Shown here: piece after piece, positions 12,401 through 24,400 of the stretch
Layout: every line of letters starts with the position of its first letter
How positions within the stretch are numbered: position 1 is the first letter of the stretch
Source of the DNA: Macrostomum lignano
Taxonomy: Eukaryota
Length of the DNA stretch: 64,000 nucleotides
Direction: 5' to 3'
Assembly: GCA_002269645.1 (NCBI GenBank)
Contig: NIVC01001234.1
Coordinates: 62,001-126,000 of the forward strand
The notes under the pieces: generated by a model
Databases searched by the model: none
What the model saw: the letters and a program-made list of their open reading frames with translations, nothing else
Told to the model about the DNA's origin: nothing
Translations under genes and position numbers: made by a program

Positions 12401-15400
12401 AAACGGGTGAGATCTACACCGTCAAGCCTGTCGAGCTACAAGTCCAAGGTCGGTCAGTGCTTCGAGTTCCGAGTGACTGGTCGATTGAGAGGAAACGTGT
12501 GGGGGAGCGGGATCTACACTGCCGACTCGTCGCTTAGCAAGGCCGCCGTACATGCAGGAATTGTGAGGAACGGCCAGACAAAGTACATCCGTGTTCGAGT
12601 GTTGAGGGGTCGCAGCTCGTACCGATCCACTAGACGCAACGGCGTCAAGACGAGACGCTACGGCAGATACAGGCTTAGCTACAAGTTCATCGGCTCGCGA
12701 TCGGTTCCTAGCAAGAAGCCTAGGTGTAAGTTTCGCTAGTCGTATGTCATGGTATTCTGAAGCTGTTTATAATGAAAATCACTTTGATTTCGATAAAATA
12801 TACATTTCCTATCGCCGACTGAGTTTTACGTTGCATGTGTAATCACAATGAAGAAAAAGTATAATATTTTTTGCAGCATGCCCATCAGGATCAAGGTTGT
12901 CTGTGACCTCGCGTCGCACCTGCCGCTGTGCTCCGATATCTCCTGGACGGAAGTTGGGCTCGCTGATCTTTGTTATTGACATTACCGGAAGCATGGGAAG
13001 CGTGATTAACTCGGTAAAGAGCAACATCCGGCGAATTCTCTCTGCTAACACTCGATTTAGCAACTATGTTGTTGCAACCTTTGGCGATCCGTATGTGAGG
13101 CGAGTAATCAAGACGAGGAGTATCACTGCTGTGAGAAACTTCCTGAAAAGATTGTCTGCCAGAGGAGGCGGTGACTGTCCCGAGTACGCTATGTCAGGAG
13201 CTCTGGATGCTGCAAAGAGCGCGAACTCGAACTCCGTCATGCTCCTGTTTACTGACGCTTCAGCCAAGGACAAGAGACGAGTGGGCCAGGTGTCTTCACT
13301 GGCGAAGAGGAAGCGAATTCGAGTGTTTACCGTCGAGAGCGGAAACATGTGTGGAAAAGCGCCAGAGTTTAAGCAGTTGGCCCGGAAGTCTTTTGGAGAG
13401 GTCTCCCGACTACGATCTGGCACTTTCAACAAGGTAGGGCGTTTTATTAGAGATTCAGCTATGGCATGGCTTGCTCACGGACAACAAGAACAACGACAAA
13501 CGTATAAGTATTTTCTACTCGTATTTCTATCCACAGTTGATGGAGTTCCTCAGACGCGCCGTAAAAGGAAGAATCAGCTTCAGTGCATTCCCAAGAAGCC
13601 CGTCGGCGCTCAAAAGGGCTCTCAGAGGCAGTGAGTATTTCTTTTTAACATACCTTACATACGAGCAACAGTTGCAGCCAAGAGGATTATCCGTGGCATT
13701 GAAACCTACTCGTAATTTACTACTTATGGTATGAAACAGGCGCGGAGCCTGTTAAATTGGATAATAATTTACTATAAAAGGGACTCCACAAACATCAGTT
13801 ACCTGACAGTAACGATTTCAATAATATAATTGCAGAATGCCGTTGTCGAATTGTCAGGCACCGTCGATGCAAACGAGTTTCATCGCGTGAGTGCCAGATT
13901 ATTTTTTATGGTGCAATACCACTATCTAAATTCGGCTTTTAAATAATATTATGAAACGTTAAATGCCCACGAGCGCTAGGCTGCAAACGGGTGAGATCTA
14001 CACCGTCAAGCCTGTCGAGCTACAAGTCCAAGGTCGGTCAGTGCTTCGAGTTCCGAGTGACTGGTCGATTGAGAGGAAACGTGTGGGGGAGCGGGATCTA
14101 CACTGCCGACTCGTCGCTTAGCAAGGCCGCCGTACATGCAGGAATTGTGAGGAACGGCCAGACAAAGTACATCCGTGTTCGAGTGTTGAGGGGTCGCAGC
14201 TCGTACCGATCCACTAGACGCAACGGCGTCAAGACGAGACGCTACGGCAGATACAGGCTTAGCTACAAGTTCATCGGCTCGCGATCGGTTCCTAGCAAGA
14301 AGCCTAGGTGTAAGTTTCGCTAGTCGTATGTCATGGTATTCTGAAGCTGTTTATAATGAAAATCACTTTGATTTCGATAAAATATACATTTCCTATCGCC
14401 GACTGAGTTTTACGTTGCATGTGTAATCACAATGAAGAAAAAGTATAATATTTTTTGCAGCATGCCCATCAGGATCAAGGTTGTCTGTGACCTCGCGTCG
14501 CACCTGCCGCTGTGCTCCGATATCTCCTGGACGGAAGTTGGGCTCGCTGATCTTTGTTATTGACATTACCGGAAGCATGGGAAGCGTGATTAACTCGGTA
14601 AAGAGCAACATCCGGCGAATTCTCTCTGCTAACACTCGATTTAGCAACTATGTTGTTGCAACCTTTGGCGATCCGTATGTGAGGCGAGTAATCAAGACGA
14701 GGAGTATCACTGCTGTGAGAAACTTCCTGAAAAGATTGTCTGCCAGAGGAGGCGGTGACTGTCCCGAGTACGCTATGTCAGGAGCTCTGGATGCTGCAAA
14801 GAGCGCGAACTCGAACTCCGTCATGCTCCTGTTTACTGACGCTTCAGCCAAGGACAAGAGACGAGTGGGCCAGGTGTCTTCACTGGCGAAGAGGAAGCGA
14901 ATTCGAGTGTTTACCGTCGAGAGCGGAAACATGTGTGGAAAAGCGCCAGAGTTTAAGCAGTTGGCCCGGAAGTCTTTTGGAGAGGTCTCCCGACTACGAT
15001 CTGGCACTTTCAACAAGGTAGGGCGTTTTATTAGAGATTCAGCTATGGCATGGCTTGCTCACGGACAACAAGAACAACGACAAACGTATAAGTATTTTCT
15101 ACTCGTATTTCTATCCACAGTTGATGGAGTTCCTCAGACGCGCCGTAAAAGGAAGAATCAGCTTCAGTGCATTCCCAAGAAGCCCGTCGGCGCTCAAAAG
15201 GGCTCTCAGAGGCAGTGAGTATTTCTTTTTAACATACCTTACATACGAGCAACAGTTGCAGCCAAGAGGATTATCCGTGGCATTGAAACCTACTCGTAAT
15301 TTACTACTTATGGTATGAAACAGGCGCGGAGCCTGTTAAATTGGATAATAATTTACTATAAAAGGGACTCCACAAACATCAGTTACCTGACAGTAACGAT

Positions 15401-18400
15401 TTCAATAATATAATTGCAGAATGCCGTTGTCGAATTGTCAGGCACCGTCGATGCAAACGAGTTTCATCGCGTGAGTGCCAGATTATTTTTTATGGTGCAA
15501 TACCACTATCTAAATTCGGCTTTTAAATAATATTATGAAACGTTAAATGCCCACGAGCGCTAGGCTGCAAACGGGTGAGATCTACACCGTCAAGCCTGTC
15601 GAGCTACAAGTCCAAGGTCGGTCAGTGCTTCGAGTTCCGAGTGACTGGTCGATTGAGAGGAAACGTGTGGGGGAGCGGGATCTACACTGCCGACTCGTCG
15701 CTTAGCAAGGCCGCCGTACATGCAGGAATTGTGAGGAACGGCCAGACAAAGTACATCCGTGTTCGAGTGTTGAGGGGTCGCAGCTCGTACCGATCCACTA
15801 GACGCAACGGCGTCAAGACGAGACGCTACGGCAGATACAGGCTTAGCTACAAGTTCATCGGCTCGCGATCGGTTCCTAGCAAGAAGCCTAGGTGTAAGTT
15901 TCGCTAGTCGTATGTCATGGTATTCTGAAGCTGTTTATAATGAAAATCACTTTGATTTCGATAAAATATACATTTCCTATCGCCGACTGAGTTTTACGTT
16001 GCATGTGTAATCACAATGAAGAAAAAGTATAATATTTTTTGCAGCATGCCCATCAGGATCAAGGTTGTCTGTGACCTCGCGTCGCACCTGCCGCTGTGCT
16101 CCGATATCTCCTGGACGGAAGTTGGGCTCGCTGATCTTTGTTATTGACATTACCGGAAGCATGGGAAGCGTGATTAACTCGGTAAAGAGCAACATCCGGC
16201 GAATTCTCTCTGCTAACACTCGATTTAGCAACTATGTTGTTGCAACCTTTGGCGATCCGTATGTGAGGCGAGTAATCAAGACGAGGAGTATCACTGCTGT
16301 GAGAAACTTCCTGAAAAGATTGTCTGCCAGAGGAGGCGGTGACTGTCCCGAGTACGCTATGTCAGGAGCTCTGGATGCTGCAAAGAGCGCGAACTCGAAC
16401 TCCGTCATGCTCCTGTTTACTGACGCTTCAGCCAAGGACAAGAGACGAGTGGGCCAGGTGTCTTCACTGGCGAAGAGGAAGCGAATTCGAGTGTTTACCG
16501 TCGAGAGCGGAAACATGTGTGGAAAAGCGCCAGAGTTTAAGCAGTTGGCCCGGAAGTCTTTTGGAGAGGTCTCCCGACTACGATCTGGCACTTTCAACAA
16601 GGTAGGGCGTTTTATTAGAGATTCAGCTATGGCATGGCTTGCTCACGGACAACAAGAACAACGACAAACGTATAAGTATTTTCTACTCGTATTTCTATCC
16701 ACAGTTGATGGAGTTCCTCAGACGCGCCGTAAAAGGAAGAATCAGCTTCAGTGCATTCCCAAGAAGCCCGTCGGCGCTCAAAAGGGCTCTCAGAGGCAGT
16801 GAGTATTTCTTTTTAACATACCTTACATACGAGCAACAGTTGCAGCCAAGAGGATTATCCGTGGCATTGAAACCTACTCGTAATTTACTACTTATGGTAT
16901 GAAACAGGCGCGGAGCCTGTTAAATTGGATAATAATTTACTATAAAAGGGACTCCACAAACATCAGTTACCTGACAGTAACGATTTCAATAATATAATTG
17001 CAGAATGCCGTTGTCGAATTGTCAGGCACCGTCGATGCAAACGAGTTTCATCGCGTGAGTGCCAGATTATTTTTTATGGTGCAATACCACTATCTAAATT
17101 CGGCTTTTAAATAATATTATGAAACGTTAAATGCCCACGAGCGCTAGGCTGCAAACGGGTGAGATCTACACCGTCAAGCCTGTCGAGCTACAAGTCCAAG
17201 GTCGGTCAGTGCTTCGAGTTCCGAGTGACTGGTCGATTGAGAGGAAACGTGTGGGGGAGCGGGATCTACACTGCCGACTCGTCGCTTAGCAAGGCCGCCG
17301 TACATGCAGGAATTGTGAGGAACGGCCAGACAAAGTACATCCGTGTTCGAGTGTTGAGGGGTCGCAGCTCGTACCGATCCACTAGACGCAACGGCGTCAA
17401 GACGAGACGCTACGGCAGATACAGGCTTAGCTACAAGTTCATCGGCTCGCGATCGGTTCCTAGCAAGAAGCCTAGGTGTAAGTTTCGCTAGTCGTATGTC
17501 ATGGTATTCTGAAGCTGTTTATAATGAAAATCACTTTGATTTCGATAAAATATACATTTCCTATCGCCGACTGAGTTTTACGTTGCATGTGTAATCACAA
17601 TGAAGAAAAAGTATAATATTTTTTGCAGCATGCCCATCAGGATCAAGGTTGTCTGTGACCTCGCGTCGCACCTGCCGCTGTGCTCCGATATCTCCTGGAC
17701 GGAAGTTGGGCTCGCTGATCTTTGTTATTGACATTACCGGAAGCATGGGAAGCGTGATTAACTCGGTAAAGAGCAACATCCGGCGAATTCTCTCTGCTAA
17801 CACTCGATTTAGCAACTATGTTGTTGCAACCTTTGGCGATCCGTATGTGAGGCGAGTAATCAAGACGAGGAGTATCACTGCTGTGAGAAACTTCCTGAAA
17901 AGATTGTCTGCCAGAGGAGGCGGTGACTGTCCCGAGTACGCTATGTCAGGAGCTCTGGATGCTGCAAAGAGCGCGAACTCGAACTCCGTCATGCTCCTGT
18001 TTACTGACGCTTCAGCCAAGGACAAGAGACGAGTGGGCCAGGTGTCTTCACTGGCGAAGAGGAAGCGAATTCGAGTGTTTACCGTCGAGAGCGGAAACAT
18101 GTGTGGAAAAGCGCCAGAGTTTAAGCAGTTGGCCCGGAAGTCTTTTGGAGAGGTCTCCCGACTACGATCTGGCACTTTCAACAAGGTAGGGCGTTTTATT
18201 AGAGATTCAGCTATGGCATGGCTTGCTCACGGACAACAAGAACAACGACAAACGTATAAGTATTTTCTACTCGTATTTCTATCCACAGTTGATGGAGTTC
18301 CTCAGACGCGCCGTAAAAGGAAGAATCAGCTTCAGTGCATTCCCAAGAAGCCCGTCGGCGCTCAAAAGGGCTCTCAGAGGCAGTGAGTATTTCTTTTTAA

Positions 18401-21400
18401 CATACCTTACATACGAGCAACAGTTGCAGCCAAGAGGATTATCCGTGGCATTGAAACCTACTCGTAATTTACTACTTATGGTATGAAACAGGCGCGGAGC
18501 CTGTTAAATTGGATAATAATTTACTATAAAAGGGACTCCACAAACATCAGTTACCTGACAGTAACGATTTCAATAATATAATTGCAGAATGCCGTTGTCG
18601 AATTGTCAGGCACCGTCGATGCAAACGAGTTTCATCGCGTGAGTGCCAGATTATTTTTTATGGTGCAATACCACTATCTAAATTCGGCTTTTAAATAATA
18701 TTATGAAACGTTAAATGCCCACGAGCGCTAGGCTGCAAACGGGTGAGATCTACACCGTCAAGCCTGTCGAGCTACAAGTCCAAGGTCGGTCAGTGCTTCG
18801 AGTTCCGAGTGACTGGTCGATTGAGAGGAAACGTGTGGGGGAGCGGGATCTACACTGCCGACTCGTCGCTTAGCAAGGCCGCCGTACATGCAGGAATTGT
18901 GAGGAACGGCCAGACAAAGTACATCCGTGTTCGAGTGTTGAGGGGTCGCAGCTCGTACCGATCCACTAGACGCAACGGCGTCAAGACGAGACGCTACGGC
19001 AGATACAGGCTTAGCTACAAGTTCATCGGCTCGCGATCGGTTCCTAGCAAGAAGCCTAGGTGTAAGTTTCGCTAGTCGTATGTCATGGTATTCTGAAGCT
19101 GTTTATAATGAAAATCACTTTGATTTCGATAAAATATACATTTCCTATCGCCGACTGAGTTTTACGTTGCATGTGTAATCACAATGAAGAAAAAGTATAA
19201 TATTTTTTGCAGCATGCCCATCAGGATCAAGGTTGTCTGTGACCTCGCGTCGCACCTGCCGCTGTGCTCCGATATCTCCTGGACGGAAGTTGGGCTCGCT
19301 GATCTTTGTTATTGACATTACCGGAAGCATGGGAAGCGTGATTAACTCGGTAAAGAGCAACATCCGGCGAATTCTCTCTGCTAACACTCGATTTAGCAAC
19401 TATGTTGTTGCAACCTTTGGCGATCCGTATGTGAGGCGAGTAATCAAGACGAGGAGTATCACTGCTGTGAGAAACTTCCTGAAAAGATTGTCTGCCAGAG
19501 GAGGCGGTGACTGTCCCGAGTACGCTATGTCAGGAGCTCTGGATGCTGCAAAGAGCGCGAACTCGAACTCCGTCATGCTCCTGTTTACTGACGCTTCAGC
19601 CAAGGACAAGAGACGAGTGGGCCAGGTGTCTTCACTGGCGAAGAGGAAGCGAATTCGAGTGTTTACCGTCGAGAGCGGAAACATGTGTGGAAAAGCGCCA
19701 GAGTTTAAGCAGTTGGCCCGGAAGTCTTTTGGAGAGGTCTCCCGACTACGATCTGGCACTTTCAACAAGGTAGGGCGTTTTATTAGAGATTCAGCTATGG
19801 CATGGCTTGCTCACGGACAACAAGAACAACGACAAACGTATAAGTATTTTCTACTCGTATTTCTATCCACAGTTGATGGAGTTCCTCAGACGCGCCGTAA
19901 AAGGAAGAATCAGCTTCAGTGCATTCCCAAGAAGCCCGTCGGCGCTCAAAAGGGCTCTCAGAGGCAGTGAGTATTTCTTTTTAACATACCTTACATACGA
20001 GCAACAGTTGCAGCCAAGAGGATTATCCGTGGCATTGAAACCTACTCGTAATTTACTACTTATGGTATGAAACAGGCGCGGAGCCTGTTAAATTGGATAA
20101 TAATTTACTATAAAAGGGACTCCACAAACATCAGTTACCTGACAGTAACGATTTCAATAATATAATTGCAGAATGCCGTTGTCGAATTGTCAGGCACCGT
20201 CGATGCAAACGAGTTTCATCGCGTGAGTGCCAGATTATTTTTTATGGTGCAATACCACTATCTAAATTCGGCTTTTAAATAATATTATGAAACGTTAAAT
20301 GCCCACGAGCGCTAGGCTGCAAACGGGTGAGATCTACACCGTCAAGCCTGTCGAGCTACAAGTCCAAGGTCGGTCAGTGCTTCGAGTTCCGAGTGACTGG
20401 TCGATTGAGAGGAAACGTGTGGGGAGCGGGATCTACACTGCCGACTCGTCGCTTAGCAAGGCCGCCGTACATGCAGGAATTGTGAGGAACGGCCAGACAA
20501 AGTACATCCGTGTTCGAGTGTTGAGGGGTCGCAGCTCGTACCGATCCACTAGACGCAACGGCGTCAAGACGAGACGCTACGGCAGATACAGGCTTAGCTA
20601 CAAGTTCATCGGCTCGCGATCGGTTCCTAGCAAGAAGCCTAGGTGTAAGTTTCGCTAGTCGTATGTCATGGTATTCTGAAGCTGTTTATAATGAAAATCA
20701 CTTTGATTTCGATAAAATATACATTTCCTATCGCCGACTGAGTTTTACGTTGCATGTGTAATCACAATGAAGAAAAAGTATAATATTTTTTGCAGCATGC
20801 CCATCAGGATCAAGGTTGTCTGTGACCTCGCGTCGCACCTGCCGCTGTGCTCCGATATCTCCTGGACGGAAGTTGGGCTCGCTGATCTTTGTTATTGACA
20901 TTACCGGAAGCATGGGAAGCGTGATTAACTCGGTAAAGAGCAACATCCGGCGAATTCTCTCTGCTAACACTCGATTTAGCAACTATGTTGTTGCAACCTT
21001 TGGCGATCCGTATGTGAGGCGAGTAATCAAGACGAGGAGTATCACTGCTGTGAGAAACTTCCTGAAAAGATTGTCTGCCAGAGGAGGCGGTGACTGTCCC
21101 GAGTACGCTATGTCAGGAGCTCTGGATGCTGCAAAGAGCGCGACTCGAACTCCGTCATGCTCCTGTTTACTGACGCTTCAGCCAAGGACAAGAGACGAGT
21201 GGGCCAGGTGTCTTCACTGGCGAAGAGGAAGCGAATTCGAGTGTTTACCGTCGAGAGCGGAAACATGTGTGGAAAAGCGCCAGAGTTTAAGCAGTTGGCC
21301 CGGAAGTCTTTTGGAGAGGTCTCCCGACTACGATCTGGCACTTTCAACAAGGTAGGGCGTTTTATTAGAGATTCAGCTATGGCATGGCTTGCTCACGGAC

Positions 21401-24400
21401 AACAAGAACAACGACAAACGTATAAGTATTTTCTACTCGTATTTCTATCCACAGTTGATGGAGTTCCTCAGACGCGCCGTAAAAGGAAGAATCAGCTTCA
21501 GTGCATTCCCAAGAAGCCCGTCGGCGCTCAAAAGGGCTCTCAGAGGCAGTGAGTATTTCTTTTTAACATACCTTACATACGAGCAACAGTTGCAGCCAAG
21601 AGGATTATCCGTGGCATTGAAACCTACTCGTAATTTACTACTTATGGTATGAAACAGGCGCGGAGCCTGTTAAATTGGATAATAATTTACTATAAAAGGG
21701 ACTCCACAAACATCAGTTACCTGACAGTAACGATTTCAATAATATAATTGCAGAATGCCGTTGTCGAATTGTCAGGCACCGTCGATGCAAACGAGTTTCA
21801 TCGCGTGAGTGCCAGATTATTTTTTATGGTGCAATACCACTATCTAAATTCGGCTTTTAAATAATATTATGAAACGTTAAATGCCCACGAGCGCTAGGCT
21901 GCAAACGGGTGAGATCTACACCGTCAAGCCTGTCGAGCTACAAGTCCAAGGTCGGTCAGTGCTTCGAGTTCCGAGTGACTGGTCGATTGAGAGGAAACGT
22001 GTGGGGGAGCGGGATCTACACTGCCGACTCGTCGCTTAGCAAGGCCGCCGTACATGCAGGAATTGTGAGGAACGGCCAGACAAAGTACATCCGTGTTCGA
22101 GTGTTGAGGGGTCGCAGCTCGTACCGATCCACTAGACGCAACGGCGTCAAGACGAGACGCTACGGCAGATACAGGCTTAGCTACAAGTTCATCGGCTCGC
22201 GATCGGTTCCTAGCAAGAAGCCTAGGTGTAAGTTTCGCTAGTCGTATGTCATGGTATTCTGAAGCTGTTTATAATGAAAATCACTTTGATTTCGATAAAA
22301 TATACATTTCCTATCGCCGACTGAGTTTTACGTTGCATGTGTAATCACAATGAAGAAAAAGTATAATATTTTTTGCAGCATGCCCATCAGGATCAAGGTT
22401 GTCTGTGACCTCGCGTCGCACCTGCCGCTGTGCTCCGATATCTCCTGGACGGAAGTTGGGCTCGCTGATCTTTGTTATTGACATTACCGGAAGCATGGGA
22501 AGCGTGATTAACTCGGTAAAGAGCAACATCCGGCGAATTCTCTCTGCTAACACTCGATTTAGCAACTATGTTGTTGCAACCTTTGGCGATCCGTATGTGA
22601 GGCGAGTAATCAAGACGAGGAGTATCACTGCTGTGAGAAACTTCCTGAAAAGATTGTCTGCCAGAGGAGGCGGTGACTGTCCCGAGTACGCTATGTCAGG
22701 AGCTCTGGATGCTGCAAAGAGCGCGGACTCGAACTCCGTCATGCTCCTGTTTACTGACGCTTCAGCCAAGGACAAGAGACGAGTGGGCCAGGTGTCTTCA
22801 CTGGCGAAGAGGAAGCGAATTCGAGTGTTTACCGTCGAGAGCGGAAACATGTGTGGAAAAGCGCCAGAGTTTAAGCAGTTGGCCCGGAAGTCTTTTGGAG
22901 AGGTCTCCCGACTACGATCTGGCACTTTCAACAAGGTAGGGCGTTTTATTAGAGATTCAGCTATGGCATGGCTTGCTCACGGACAACAAGAACAACGACA
23001 AACGTATAAGTATTTTCTACTCGTATTTCTATCCACAGTTGATGGAGTTCCTCAGACGCGCCGTAAAAGGAAGAATCAGCTTCAGCGCATTCCAAGAAGC
23101 CCGTCGGCGCTCAAAAGGCTCTCAGAGGCAGTGAGTATTTCTTTTTAACATACCTTACATACGAGCAACAGTTGCAGCCAAGAGGATTATCCGTGGCATT
23201 GAAACCTACTCGTAATTTACTACTTATGGTATGAAACAGGCGCGGAGCCTGTTAAATTGGATAATAATTTACTATAAAAGGGACTCCACAAACATCAGTT
23301 ACCTGACAGTAACGATTTCAATAATATAATTGCAGAATGCCGTTGTCGAATTGTCAGGCACCGTCGATGCAAACGAGTTTCATCGCGTGAGTGCCAGATT
23401 ATTTTTTATGGTGCAATACCACTATCTAAATTCGGCTTTTAAATAATATTATGAAACGTTAAATGCCCACGAGCGCTAGGCTGCAAACGGGTGAGATCTA
23501 CACCGTCAAGCCTGTCGAGCTACAAGTCCAAGGTCGGTCAGTGCTTCGAGTTCCGAGTGACTGGTCGATTGAGAGGAAACGTGTGGGGGAGCGGGATCTA
23601 CACTGCCGACTCGTCGCTTAGCAAGGCCGCCGTACATGCAGGAATCGTGAGGAACGGCCAGACAAAGTACATCCGTGTTCGAGTGTTGAGGGGTCGCAGC
23701 TCGTACCGATCCACTAGACGCAACGGCGTCAAGACGAGACGCTACGGCAGATACAGGCTTAGCTACAAGTTCATCGGCTCGCGATCGGTTCCTAGCAAGA
23801 AGCCTAGGTGTAAGTTTCGCTAGTCGTATGTCATGGTATTCTGAAGCTGTTTATAATGAAAATCACTTTGATTTCGATAAAATATACATTTCCTATCGCC
23901 GACTGAGTTTTACGTTGCATGTGTAATCACAATGAAGAAAAAGTATAATATTTTTTGCAGCATGCCCATCAGGATCAAGGTTGTCTGTGACCTCGCGTCG
24001 CACCTGCCGCTGTGCTCCGATATCTCCTGGACGGAAGTTGGGCTCGCTGATCTTTGTTATTGACATTACCGGAAGCATGGGAAGCGTGATTAACTCGGTA
24101 AAGAGCAACATCCGGCGAATTCTCTCTGCTAACACTCGATTTAGCAACTATGTTGTTGCAACCTTTGGCGATCCGTATGTGAGGCGAGTAATCAAGACGA
24201 GGAGTATCACTGCTGTGAGAAACTTCCTGAAAAGATTGTCTGCCAGAGGAGGCGGTGACTGTCCCGAGTACGCTATGTCAGGAGCTCTGGATGCTGCAAA
24301 GAGCGCGGACTCGAACTCCGTCATGCTCCTGTTTACTGACGCTTCAGCCAAGGACAAGAGACGAGTGGGCCAGGTGTCTTCACTGGCGAAGAGGAAGCGA

